Of a DNA stretch of 64,000 nucleotides, positions 1-13,289 are shown in pieces. A model generated the notes under the pieces. It saw nothing but the letters and a program-made list of their open reading frames with translations. It was not told where the DNA came from and ran no database searches. Both the position numbers and the translations under genes were made by a program. Source of the stretch: Octopus bimaculoides (Eukaryota); the NCBI RefSeq assembly GCF_001194135.2, contig NC_068993.1, positions 49,445,868-49,509,867 of the forward strand. Reading direction: 5' to 3'. Numbering within the stretch: the first letter of the stretch is position 1; each line of letters starts with the position of its first letter.

Positions 1-859
1 TCAGCTGCTTGATTGGTAGACTGGGGGTCTATGTACCATGTGCTATGTCGCTTGGGGTTTGTCCTTACTGAGCAAAAGGAAAAATGCACTTGACATTTGA
101 CAGATCATCAAGTGGTTTTTTTGAGAGCAAAACCTCTAGACAAACAATAAAATATTGTATACTATCTTGCCTTTAAGAAATGGCTTGTTGAAAATACCCT
201 TCTCCATATCCACCCTTCTTTTCTTCTTCCTTTGGGTGTGTGGGCAGGTGGTGATGCATAATTGCACTAAAATACTTTGTTAGGTTAATGTTGTTTTAAC
301 ACCACCTCATCCAATACCACCCACCTCACTCTCTTCACTGTTCACTCCAGAAGCTTTAGAATATGTGTGTGTAATGTGTAGTAGTGATATGTGGAATGTG
401 TTGAGAGCATGGTATATGTTGTGAGTGTGCTCTGTTTTATATAAGAGTGTGTGTGTGTGTTTGTATATTTATGATGAGTTATGTCGCATGCGTTATATCA
501 GTGTATGTGTTTGTGTTTATTTTTCTTCTACGGAGAAAATAGGTTTTTATAATTAACTAAAATATAGTGAAATGAAATTCCAATTAGCAGCAACAGCATT
601 AACAGCAACATTAAGCAACGACATTGCTCTCCCCTTAGAATTGAAAGCTTTGTATAGAGTTAGCACCCATCTCAGCTACCATCATTACAACCACACTTCC
701 CTTTTCTCTGGATTACAGGGCAGGGAGGGTGTTGTCCAATGTATTTCATGCAAGTTTTCAGTCTTGGAAAAGGGGTCGACTACACAGTTTATGGGACACA
801 TACACACACACATGTAGGCAGACGTGACTATGTAGATGAGTAGGGACTGAACCAGGAAC

Positions 860-1190
860 CCTATTATTTTGGAATCAGGCCAACTGCATGACAGCTTGGG
901 CAAGTGTCTTCTTCTTTAGTCCTAGGCTAACCAAAGCTTTGTGAGAAGATTTAGTTAATGAAGCCTACTGTGTATATAAGTGTCTGTGTTTGTACCCCAC
1001 TACTACTTGACAACCGGCATTGGTGCATTTATGTTCTAATAACTTAGTGTTTCAGGAAATGAAACCAATAGAATAAGTACCAGGCTTAACAAAAAAAGAA
1101 GAACTAGCATAGATTCATTTGACTAAAAATTCTAGAAGGCAGTGCCCCAGCATGGCTGCAGTCTAATGACTGAAACAAGTAAAAGATAAA
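860..1190 (+). mobile_element. SINE family A, diverged copy
   Basis: cttgggcaagtgtcttctt...gacaaccggcattggtgc...catggctgcagtctaatgactgaaacaagtaaaag. Confidence 0.7.
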
Positions 1191-1589
1191 AGATGTGTGT
1201 GTGTGTCCTTGTCTTGACATTTGTGACAGTTGTAAATAAATTATGTCTTTGGTTTTCAACCATCAATGAAAACGTGTCTGACCATAGAGATCTCCTACCT
1301 TGCTTGGGACCAGATGGAAGCTGGTGAGAGGAAGGGCATCTGGATATAGAAAATTTGCCTGGGTGAGTTCTGTCTGACCCATATATGTGTGGGAAAGCAG
1401 ACACTATGATGATGATGATGTTGATGATGATACATAGAAAGAGAGAGGTGTCGAGACAGAGATATTGATATATTGATCATGGATGACATTTATTGGTAAC
1501 TTTTCTTCAGTACCAACTATGTTAGAAGCCTACTTAAAGGGCAATTAACTTTGACTCTATTGGCCACCCCCGTTTTCATACCATACACA

Positions 1590-1826
1590 CAAATTATTAT
1601 TTGGACATAACGTACACTGCACATACACACATGCAGGTGTGTGTGTATATATGTATACACACATGCTTGTATGCACATGCACACACACACTGTTTATACA
1701 TGCTTACTTACATAAATTAATGCAGACATGTAAGATGGTGTATATATGCATATATACTCTCACTTATATGTACATACACATGCAGAGAACCTTACATGCA
1801 TATACATGCACATGCACATGTAATAT

Positions 1827-1865
<39 letters not shown>

Positions 1866-2110
1866 ATAATTGCATATGCACATGTTCAAATTCATACAAA
1901 TATGCACACATACAATGATGTTCATGTACACATACAAAGGTGTGCATGCACTCAATTGTATACATAAAAGTACATACACGCAAGCTCTCATGCAGAGAAA
2001 TATACATGCACATACTATGCACACATGGTCACTAATGCACACACACACATTCTCACATACCACACATATGTGTAAACACACCTACAGCAACCAAACACTC
2101 ATGCATCTAC
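1590..2110. repeat. Diverged purine-pyrimidine alternating (CA/TA/TG) low-complexity field
   Basis: Direct; similar fields lie at 18750-18870, 36170-36570, 45070-45210 and 62220-63197. Confidence 0.85.
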
Positions 2111-2179
2111 ACACTGACTCCTCCAGCTCCCTATGCATGACATTTTTGTCAGCAGAGACACTTCTATGGACCTCTTCCA

Positions 2180-2420
2180 CACTTACATAACTAATATGAG
2201 CCAATGGGAATGTTTCTACATAGTTGCTTGACCTGCTAGAAATAGCAGCTATATTTTCCTCGAACTACAAAATATAAACATCTTAAGAAGAACACTTTGG
2301 ATGAGGTAGTCTGAAATACATTGTGTCTTAATGAAAGATGAGATAGTCAAGGCTGGAGAACCTTTGACCATAATTATGATTGATTGGAACTAACCTGAGG
2401 CTACATACACAGTTGCATAG
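2180..2420 (+). repeat. Dispersed repeat family F (gctagaaatagcagc...atctc...cacattg...ctttga.cata...gacctgggg.taaac)
   Basis: Related copies at ~14815-14935 (-), ~33230-33400, ~51095-51325, ~54000-54262, ~55830-55950 and ~61170-61380; class not determined. Confidence 0.6.
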
Positions 2421-3799
2421 ATGGTCACTTTTATGGACATATACACACAGCCTCGCATACATGCAGGCATGCACAGAAATTTACATGCTCCGGTTGATAT
2501 AAATACACACTCATAAAAAGGTACTTGTGCTTTCGCTCAAATACACACATGCATACAGTTATACTTGCTCACATACACACAAACACGCACTAATATACAG
2601 AAGTACAGACACAACCTTATACACACATAGCTAGTCATACACACTGCACTCATGATGTAACCTGATGATTGCATATATAACAATAGCCTGCCACACATGC
2701 ATGTCAGTCACTTTCATAGATACGTGGTAAATACATACACAACTATATCAACAGACAAACACACACCAAGCTAACTAGATATTCGGTTATTATTCACCTA
2801 CTGACATACACATTCTGTTATTTTTGATTAACTCATTATTGTTGCATGTTACCAGTATTATTATTTTCAGTGCAACTACAACAGTGGTTTCAAATGAAAA
2901 TATTCTGTCGAGAGAGCTATGTTCATAACAATATATTATATTAAGAGTGTCACATCTCAAGCAGAGGAGTGTTAGAAACTGCAAAATGTGAAGATGCATA
3001 TTTGTAGGATTTAGTTTCATTTTCTTTTACACCCTGGGTTCAAACAATACTGGGTTGATAAAGTAAGTACCTGTCATATATTGGGGTTTGATTCAGTTCC
3101 CTTGTCTAAGAATTTATAGCCTTTGCCAGTGTGAAAAGTTGTTTCAGTTATCAGTTACATGTTTCTTCATTTATAATTAACACTCATCATTTTTACACAT
3201 GCATGTATGTAGGATATGGATTGTAGTAGGCAAAGAAGAAATTGGCTTTCTTCATAAAATCATCATGCTGGCATGAGCTGGATGGTGTTTCTGTGGCAGC
3301 ATTTTATGAAGGGATGCCATTCCTATTGCCAACCCTTTTAGCTGCCTCTTACAACGCATAGGAATACAGTGTATCTATTCTAAACTCAGGAGACACAAGT
3401 ATAGCCTACCTAAAAGAAATAAAAATAGCTAGCAAAAAAGTAATTAAATTTTTTTTTTAAATTACATATCCATTCATTTTAAGTCTAAAAGAAACTTGCC
3501 TCAAAATGAAATTATGTGTATGTGTGTGTGTAATTGTAATTATCTTTTAATGTCTACTTTTCTATGGTTGCCTGAGTCAGATAGAATTCATTGAGGCAAA
3601 TTTTCAATATTCGGATGCCCTTAGAATTCATTGAGGCAAATTTTCAATATTCGGATGCCCTTATTATTCATCAACCCTTGCCTGTTTCTAAGCAACGTAT
3701 TTTTTTTCAATGGCTGGACATATTTTAAAAGAAGATTGGAAACAGCGGACACTTTTTTTATGAACTGTCACATGATATATGTACTCATTTTTACAATGT

Positions 3800-3990
3800 G
3801 GTATATGTACTTATTTACCAGAAGCTGAGGCTCCACTCCATAGCTACCACAAGTTTTCCATTATTTTTACACTCCACAAGGTGCCTTGAAGAATGTCCTA
3901 GTAAAACAGTACTCTAAATAGCATCAGAGCAAGACTTCATCTTCCAACAACGAAATAATCTCCATGGCATTTATGAAGCACTTTTAGTTC
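3800..3990 (-). pseudogene. Possible decayed RTE LINE 3' ORF fragment
   Basis: The minus strand gives DILQGTL, resembling the RTE C-terminal ILQGT(V)EG motif; otherwise degraded. Confidence 0.3.
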
Positions 3991-4489
3991 TCATATTTGC
4001 ACATACACACACATACATGCGCGCATGTGCACACATGTGCACACAGTTTAGTACACTAAATTATATTTAAAAATATATATGCGCTAACAGAAATGGAACT
4101 TGGGAATATGCCCCAAGTTCTCATTAACATGGTGTACGTATTGAACTACACAGTTTCAGATTTATTAATCTTTGTCAGAGCTTGCTTAACTCCAGTTTGC
4201 TGTCATATGAAAAAAGCAGCTAATGCCAACATAAAAAAGTGTGTGCATGCATATGTGTGTGTACGCATGGATGTATGTGTGTGCATGCATACATACACGT
4301 GTGTGTCTATTATGTTTAAGCAATTGAATTTTCAAATATATATATTAAGAAAACAAACTATTTTAATATTTAAATATCTATCAATATTTGTCACTTTTCG
4401 AATTGTTATTATCATCTCAGGAGATAAAAAAACAATTTAAATTAAGTTCCAAAATTCTGTAGCTTTCATAATTGCACAGAACGATAAAT

Positions 4490-4922
4490 ATATTCTGTCA
4501 TTATTATTTAGTTGTGTGCTATGCAATTTCGAGTTCAAATCATTTTTGGATTGTCTTATTTATTCTTTATTTATTTGTTTATTCTCTGGGGGTCAATTGA
4601 TAACTACTGACATACTTGTCGTTATGGAAAATTGCACCCTCACTTGAAGAATTTGGATTTGTGCCTGAGTTAGACATCCTTATTATGATTATTATTAATA
4701 TTATAACTGAGGTGGTTGATTCACAGAATTATTAGAGTAACAGACTAAATGCTGTACAGTGTTTGTTCCAATTCTTTACATTCTGAGTTCAAATCCTGCT
4801 GTGATCAACTTTGACTATCATTCTTTGTGGGATCAATAAAATAAGATATCAGCCATGTACTAGGGTTGATGTCAATGACTACTTCTTTTCAGAGTAGCTG
4901 ACCTTGTGCTTAAATTAGAAAC
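4490..4922 (+). mobile_element. Two tandem SINE family B copies
   Basis: Family core ttctgagttcaaat...caactttg...aataaaataag...gggttgatgt; the copies are separated by an ATT-rich linker. Confidence 0.7.
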
Positions 4923-5879
4923 ATTTATTATTACTATTTATGGTGGTGGTGGTGGTGGTGGTGGTGATGATGATGATGATTTTTATTATTTTTATTATTA
5001 TTATTATTATTTTTATTATTATAGCTACTGTTGTTGACATTTCGTGGTATATAGTTCAGCATTTATAAAGCTGCCACTTCTTAATAAGAGCCACAATAAT
5101 GTAATCTAGTCTTAATAAAATTATTAGTCCACATGTGAAGCTTTTTGCAAAATGTGAGCAGCCTTCACAGTGTTCTTCTCCAAACTCTTTTACTAATAGT
5201 TTACTTCATGGTGTCTGTTGAATCCCTTTTTAAGGCTATCAAAACTTCTATTGAACTCTTCTATTTTATTGCTTGTGGTAGGGAAGTACCTGTAACCATT
5301 TTCAGATCGTCAAAGAATGATGTGAGGGATGGAGTCTTCAAACTGGAAGCCTGTTCAGAAAGCTACATGGCTTGAAGTTTAGTGCATAACACAAATGTAA
5401 CTTAATTTCAATATGAATGGTACAAATGTAAAATATCATATAGGGTGCTATCACATTGGATAGTAAGATATTGTGTAATATATTTGTACTGTATTTGACT
5501 AAATAAATTGAGCATTAAAAAATAACAGATGGGTGCATGTCAGCATGTTTTTAAATGAATGTATTTAAATGATGACCTTAGCATAAAACCATAACTTTCT
5601 AGGGAGGGGTATAGTAGATAAATTGATCCTAGTTTACTTATTTATTTATTTTATCAAGAGGGATGTCCATGTGTATAACTCTTTACAACTCACCAAAACT
5701 GGTGATAGGGAGAGAGGGAAATGTATTCTCAAACCTGAGACCAGGAGTGCTTGTAACAAAGTGGACTCCACTAAAGGCACTCAAGGTGCTTAGTGACAGA
5801 TTAAGCCACCCACCACTTGTTCTTATTGATTCCTGTTAGGAATTGTACTCAAAATATGACAGGTACATAACTAAATATT

Positions 5880-6090
5880 GGTTTTAAATTTTGGCACAAT
5901 GCCAGTAATTTTGACAAAGGGAGTTCGTCAATTACATCAACCCCAGTGATTGACTGGTACTTATTTTATCAACCCTGAAAGGATGGAAAGCAAAGTGAAC
6001 CTCGGTGGAGTTTGAACTCAGAATGTAAAGACAAATAAAACACTGCTAAGCATTTTGCCCAGCACAGTAACAATTCTGCCAGCTCACCTT
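5880..6090 (-). mobile_element. SINE family B
   Basis: aattacatcaaccccagtg...actggtacttattttatc...tttgaactcagaatgtaaagac...ctgccagctcacc. Confidence 0.8.
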
Positions 6091-6135
6091 ACCATAACCA
6101 AATATTTTGACTCCTTCGTCTTTCTGCCATCTTGA

Positions 6136-6351
6136 TTAACTCTTTTGTTACCACATTCCTGTTGAAATACACCACTTTGTTTCAATTAATTGTGAAATCC
6201 TGAAAAATTTAGTAAAATAACTTTATCATCATTAAACTAGTGTGTGAGACATAAATTGTTATGGAAGGTTTTAATTTAGAACACTTTAAAACAGGAAGTT
6301 TGTATCACAGAACCTTGGGTAGTCTCAAGCAGGTTGGTTTCAAAGGATTAA
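6136..6351. mobile_element. piggyBac-type MITE family 1, diverged copy
   Basis: ttaactcttttgttacc ... ggtttcaaaggattaa; internal gtttcaattaatt and ttaatttaga blocks match 19120-19347. Confidence 0.65.
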
Positions 6352-6894
6352 TCACAACGGATAAAGATGGATATAGCTGAATGTAGGCCCCATATTCATC
6401 ATACTACTGATATTAATATGACAGAATTTCAACTGAGTTATTATTCTATATGCGTAGAATAAATAATGATTTTATTGAAGATAACTATCTAGTTTAAGTT
6501 TAGTTATTACCTGTCTAAATATTATCTGCATTTTCTGATAAATATTCAATTTGTCATGAATTCATTTCTCTTCTTCTGTGCAAAAATTCTACGTAAACGT
6601 AATATTGCATTTTTTCCCCCTCTTTTAGCTGAAACTGGTGAATAGTATAGTACATGCTTTGTTTTCACAATGAGTTATCAGAGAAGCTGTTAAAGTGAAA
6701 ATATTGTCTTCTTATGTGCTTCTTAGTTTTCTTTTTTTTTTTTTTATAATCATATTTTTTTTAAATTAACAAAAAGTGAATTCTATTAAATAATGTTAGC
6801 TGTTTTTATTATGGCTTTGTAAAACAACAACAACAACAATAATATTGATAATAATTGTAGTAATGGTTGCAATAATAATAATTATTTATTTATG

Positions 6895-6900
6895 AAATTG

Positions 6901-6959
<59 letters not shown>

Positions 6960-6983
6960 GTTATTATTATTATTATTATTATT
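6895..6983. repeat. (ATT)n microsatellite
   Basis: Direct. Other long (ATT/AAT)n tracts lie at 35268-35344, 41460-41545, 13248-13300, 15311-15340 and 55225-55262. Confidence 0.95.
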
Positions 6984-9878
6984 GTCGGCGATGATGGCAA
7001 TTTCTGTAGTAATAATAGCTTTGAAATGAGCAATGCAAGAACACCAATATTGCAAAGAATGTTGTCAGTGAATAAAAATAAAAATGAATATATTAACGAG
7101 CTGTTGTCCACATGAAGCAGACTCAATAATTGATTGTATTTTAAATGATGTTTAAGCTTGTGTTCATTGCTGCACCACTGAGAAATTAATATTTGCCAGG
7201 GTTGTTCTGCATCATCTTGGATCTGACCTTGTAATCAAATAAAACAAAACCTTTCCCAAAATTAAGCCATCCAGACTTGTGGGTGAACAATCTTGATGGC
7301 ACTACTGAAAAAATTGTTTTCAATGCGTTCTCCATTTTCTATATAACACACGCAAGCATGCATGCATGCATATGCATTTACATGCACACGTATTTCACAT
7401 ACACGCACTTATGAACATATTTCAAATTGCTAGAATAAGCTTACCATAACTCTTTGCTAATTGGCTGGCTTTCACTTCTAAATCTGAAAATGAATCAAAA
7501 ATCTGTTTGAATGTTCTTTGTACCAGGAATAAAAGAAAGTGGTAATATTGTGTGTGTGTGTGTGTGTACGTGCACGCATGCATGCATATGTGTATATATA
7601 TGTATATGGATGTGTTTACCATGTGATCATTTGTGTGGTTTTCATTCTTAGTAGAAAGCTTATTTGTGAATTTTCATCGCTCAGGTGAGTCATGAAATTA
7701 GAGACCTTACAGTATTTAATAGTTAGTTTTAGTAACTGGCATCCTGACACTTTGACTTGAGGCTGGAGATTCTTGGTGAGAGGGTCTAAATTAGCTTGGT
7801 AAGTTAGTGCCCCTCTACTTATTTTCTTTTGTCTGGTAGTTAGTAATGGCTATTCTTTCTTTCTCTTTCTCTCTGTCTCTTACTGCTATTTCTCATGCCT
7901 ACAAATCACAATTTTAGCAGCTGAAAATCCTAGCAGCATTTGTCATAATCTCCTTGACCAATGTCTGTAATTTGTACTGGTCAATTTGTTCCATGACTCC
8001 ACATAGCCAGGAGCTATTGGACATGAACATTCTTTGCCAACCCACTCCCAATCATTTGTGCACACATGCACATTTCTGTTGTAAATCATATCTTTGTGAG
8101 TAAATCCTTTCTTGCTTTCTTTCTTTCTGACCCACCACCACCACCTACACCGTTTCTTTTTTTCTTTCAATATTTGTTCTGGGATGGAAATTTCAGAAAC
8201 CATCTCCTATGATTCTGAGTGGGTGAATTTATTGAATATAAATGGCAGATTCTCTGATTGAAACACTGGCTGACTTAATGGATTCATGGCCAGAGGAAGT
8301 GGCTAGTTATTTGCTTCTCTCATCCCATTCCCTCCATATCACTCCAGTTCACCATTGTATAAATCATTGTGAAAAATCACTGTTCTTCATATTTTCTCTG
8401 CATTCTGTGAAATTAGTTTTGTTTTGTTCTTTCTTTCTACCAAAAAAAAAAGACAACAAAAATACTCCTTGAAGACACAAGTCTGTATCATATAAAAAAA
8501 TTATTTCTTAAAAACATATTTTTTTTGGTATATATATTCTTCATGCTAGTCAGAACACTTTGCTATTTGTAAGACTTATATAACATAATCTTGATGCATA
8601 TATAGTCATGGTGTTTGAGATTCTAAATAGGAAAGGAATGAGAAATTGTGATATTCATGTTCTTTGCCAAGAATATAATTAAAGCCAAGGAGTTTAAGGA
8701 ATCCCCTTGCCAATGTAACAAGGAATCAATAGCAGTTTATAGTCACAGCTAATAAAGCTTACCTTCTCAGTTTCAGTGGGGAAAATTATTAAAAATGCCA
8801 TTTCTTTATGAATTTAAAATTTTGCACCATTTTACATCTTTACTCAATCATTTGTTTCATTCTGTTTATATATTTATTTCTTGTTCCTTTATAACTATAT
8901 TGTCTAATTTCCAACTCTAGTGTCATTAAACCAGACTTGTTCTGCTCTTCTACTCCTACCCTGCTGCCCTGTTCTCATTCTGCTGTCCTACTTTACTGCC
9001 ATTTTTCGTCCCCCCTGTTTTGATTCATTCTTCTACCCAACACCCACCATTAGACTTCTGTTGTATATCTCCTCTCTCTGTCATTCCTTGGTTATATTAT
9101 TCCTCCCCACTTACCTCACTCGCTCTCTCTTTCTCTCTAGGTGAGCAAAGACACCATGGTCAAACGGGTCAGGTGTTTAGCTTCTCAGCTTATTTGTCAT
9201 TGATTCATATCCCACGAAGGTATTACTGTCTTCAGGCAAGTTGTTTAACACTTCCTGCCTCATCCTAGACACTGGCTAAACATTATTACATTGCAATTAA
9301 TTTCAGAAACACACAACAGACAGCAGTTTTGCTCAATTTGGCTATTGCAGCATTTGGATTTGCTGAAAACATATTATTTTTATGCATTTAGATTAATAAT
9401 CTGGACAGCTGAATCCTGAATCTTGAGAACCTGGGAAATGTGATATTACAGATTTCTGTAAAAATATTGATCCAATGCAGTAAAGAACCACTTACAAACA
9501 TATATTTATATTTACTCATGCACATGCACAAGCACACATGTGTACATGTACACACACACACACACGCGCGCACGCACATGCCATCATTATCATCCTTATC
9601 ACAATCCTTGTTTTAACATACACTTTTCCATGCCAGAATGGCTTAGTCAAGACTTACTGAAGCAATTTTTCTATGGCTGGATGTCCTTCCTGTCACCAAA
9701 CCTCATTTGTTTCCAAGTGAGAGATACTATTCTCACTGGGTTTTTGAATGATGAACAGCTCAATGAATGGACATGATTTTGCAGTACATGCTTGTAATGC
9801 ATTTGTTTATATGGTGGTGAGATTGTCTATGCAGTATACAATGTCAAAACAAAAGGAAGACCTGCACAAACATGCATG

Positions 9879-9919
<41 letters not shown>

Positions 9920-10189
9920 AAGAAAACACACACACAAAAAGAAAACACACATGCACACCAAAACGAAAATGCACACACATACACACATGCACAGATGGGG
10001 GGGTTTTACGATTTGCATCTTCAAATTCTGCTCACAAAACATTGGTAAGTCTGAGGGTATAAGAGAAGACACTTGCTCACAGTGCCAAATAGAAGGAACG
10101 AACTTGAAACGGTATGGTTGAGAAATGCAATTCTTAACCACACAGCAACACTGTTTGCCCTCAGGTTACGAAAGAAAACAGTTGAACCA

Positions 10190-10602
10190 GGTGCCTATTA
10201 TGTATCATCAGCACAGGTGCCTTTTATATGTCTTGGACACAGGTGTCTTTTATATGTCCGCAGCTTCGCGTTCCTAGCACTTGTGTCGGTGGCACACAAA
10301 AAGTCATTCGAGTGAGATCGTTGCCAGTGCCGCTGGACTGGCTCCTGTGCAGGTGGCACATAAAATACACCATTTTGAGCATGGCAGTTGCCAGTTCCGC
10401 CTGACTAGCCTCGTGCCAGTGGCACGTAAAAGCACCCACTACACTCTTGGAGTGGTTGGCGTTAGGAAGGGCATCCAGCTGTAGAAACTCTGCCAAATCA
10501 GATTGGAGCCTGGTGTAGCCATCTGGTTCACCAGTCCTCAGTCAAATCGTCCAACCCATGCTAGCATGGAAAGTGGATGTTAAACGATGATGATGATGAT
10601 GA
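10190..10602 (+). mobile_element. Family C: RTE-LINE-type 3' region with (GAT)n tail
   Basis: ...ggcgttaggaagggcatccagctgtagaaactctgcc...catgctagcatggaaagtggatgttaaacgatgatgat; near-identical to 57995 and 63527. The RTE assignment is from recall. Confidence 0.8.
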
Positions 10603-11019
10603 TATATATANNNNNNNNNNNNNNNNNNNNNNNNNNNNNNNNNNNNNNNNNNNNNNNNNNNNNNNNNNNNNNNNNNNNNNNNNNNNNNNNNNNNNNNNNN
10701 NNNNNNNNNNNNNNNNNNNNNNNNNNNNNNNNNNNNNNNNNNNNNNNNNNNNNNNNNNNNNNNNNNNNNNNNNNNNNNNNNNNNNNNNNNNNNNNNNNNN
10801 NNNNNNNNNNNNNNNNNNNNNNNNNNNNNNNNNNNNNNNNNNNNNNNNNNNNNNNNNNNNNNNNNNNNNNNNNNNNNNNNNNNNNNNNNNNNNNNNNNNN
10901 NNNNNNNNNNNNNNNNNNNNNNNNTAAAACAATGACGATGATGATTTAATCGGTTTTTCTCATGATATAAACATTTACAGCATTTGTTTTAGTTATAGCT
11001 GTGTTAATCTGAAATTTCT

Positions 11020-11305
11020 TATGTTACCCCTGTTACCCTCTTTACCATCGTATTTGCCACTGTTGTCATTGTTGTCATCATTGTTATTATCAACATCTTT
11101 ATTGTGATCATCAATAATATCATTATCATCATCATTAATGTCCTCATTGTTATCCTTGGCAACACTGTAATCATCATCATCATCATCATCATCAATGCCA
11201 TTGCTATCCTGAATATCATTTTTGTCATTGTCATCATCATTGTCATTAGCGTCGTCGTCATCATCATCATTACCTCCACCATCATCATCAATAACATTGT
11301 CATCC
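11020..11305. repeat. Degenerate (CAT/TCA/TGT)n trinucleotide low-complexity tract
   Basis: Direct; a similar tract lies at 12780-12870. Confidence 0.85.
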
Positions 11306-11661
11306 CCTAGCTACTACAGAAAAAGATCACTGGTCTCAAATCCCAAGTGATACAGTCCGCGTAATGGTGTACATGAAATTTTCCAAGACATCATTTCACA
11401 TTGATTATGAAGAAGACATCAGAGAATATTGATTACATTAGCTTAAACAAATTTCCTCTTCAATGTTTTACTTTTTCTCTTTCCATGTTGAAAATTTCCT
11501 TACCATGGACGATAATGTAACGATGATGATGATGATGATGATGATGATAATAATATTGGTTATGTAATAATAGTAAGAATAATAACATTTTAACATTCTA
11601 ATCTACAGTGAGGTTTTTATTTTTCTAAGAATATATAGCAGTAAAGTCTTATCACATTTTG

Positions 11662-11701
<40 letters not shown>

Positions 11702-12974
11702 AGGTGATTGTTTCTGTGTGGGTTTATTGTTATAAGTTTGTGGTTTCATATGTGGGCTCTCTGGTGTATGTTTGTGTATTTATGGTTGTGTGTCTTAGCA
11801 TGTATGCTTGTGTTTGTAAATGTTTATGGTTGTGTGAACTGTTGGATTAGTGTGTTTATATTTCTGTTTGTGTGTACATAGGTGCGTATGTGTGTTTGTG
11901 TATGTACACAGGTGAAAAACCATATTGTCTAATACATTTCTGTGCTCTAATAGAAAGAAGCAGTGTTATTTGTTCAATATTCTTCACTTGTAAAGAATGT
12001 CAACAGTTGACACTACTTTGATAGTTATGTGTCTTATATCAGTAGGTATGATGTTGAAATGTCGATTATAGTCATCAAAGTAGTAGTAGTAGTAGCAGTA
12101 GTAGTAAAGTCAACTTAACCTCTCCAAAGATTCAATGTCAACACATGTTTACAAACACTTCTCACAACTGCACCATGCATTTGTCTGTCTGTCTCTTTAA
12201 CTAAAAACCACTCACACAAACACACACACACACACAAGCAACCCTCTGATGTGCATTAAGATAAGCTTGATTCAGTAAGAAAAAAAAAAGTTGTTTGCCT
12301 CATGTAAATGGAATAGGATAAAGAAGACTTTTATAATATGTAAATGGTTGTTTTGAAAGGGTTGACAACTTATATTTCTAAAATGTTATTCTTATTCCAG
12401 CAAGAATAAAACAAAAATAAATAGATAAATAAAAAAAATAACTTCTCATCTTATCAGTTTAAATTCTTTGTATTAGTTATATGCGGGGAAAAAAAACTTG
12501 ACGAAGATCAGAAAGGAGAATCTACTGATATAATTGTCAGCTATATGGCACAAGTAAGTCCATGGAGCTAGTTTACTGCAATATGACATTGATTATAACA
12601 GTAGTAGTAGTGATTCCTTTCTTGTATTGGCACCAAGAATCAAATATGTAAAGATAGGGAGTGTTCTCAACTGAATTGGATCTAGTAGGAGGAAGAGTGA
12701 AGTTAATCTCAGAACATAGAAGGAAACTTAACACGGTGGAACTTCAGTTCAATATTTTACCAATATTTTTGTTAGCATTTATCCTCTTCCTCCTCATCGT
12801 CATCATTATCATCACCATTTTCATCATAGTTGTCATCATCATCATCATCGGTGCTGTTGTCATCATTGTATTTTCTAAGCTGGCATAGGTTGAGTAGAAT
12901 TTCCCGAAGCAGAAGTCTTTCTTGTCACCAATCCCTTATAACAACCAAGGATGCGCTGTATTTATTGGATGTAT

Positions 12975-13245
12975 TTCAGTTTGGTGGGAGGGGACTAGTC
13001 AATTACATCGACCCCAGTGCTTGACTGGTACTTAATTTATCAACCCCCAGAAAGATAAAAGGCAAAGTTGACCTCAGCAGAATTTGAACTCTGAATGTAA
13101 CAAGACGAAATACTGCTTTTTATATATGATGATCTTCTTTCAGTTTCCGTGTACCAAATCCACTCACAAGGCTTTGGTCAGCCTGAGGTTCCACGCAATA
13201 GGTGGTTGGGAAGCAAGCTTCTTACCACACAGCCACTCCTGCACC
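12975..13245 (-). mobile_element. SINE family B fragment followed by a SINE family A head fragment
   Basis: Family B core at 12975-13115; family A head (caaatccactcacaaggc...cacagccactcctgca) at 13135-13245. Confidence 0.75.
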
Positions 13246-13258
13246 TATAAAAATAATA

Positions 13259-13289
<31 letters not shown>

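Noticed and set aside
2790-3020. Minus-strand 126-nt AG/GT-bounded frame (FLTLLCLRCDTLNIIYCYEHSSLDRIFSFETTVVVALKIIIL)
   Set aside because: The sites are acceptable, but there is no recognisable homology or linking exon; it cannot be distinguished from chance.
3800-3900. 79-nt AG/GT-bounded minus-strand segment
   Set aside because: It overlaps an RTE-like ILQGT remnant, so it is more likely a LINE fossil than an exon.
11019-11310. Met/Thr/Ile-rich ORFs on both strands
   Set aside because: A degenerate trinucleotide repeat with no splice or start context.
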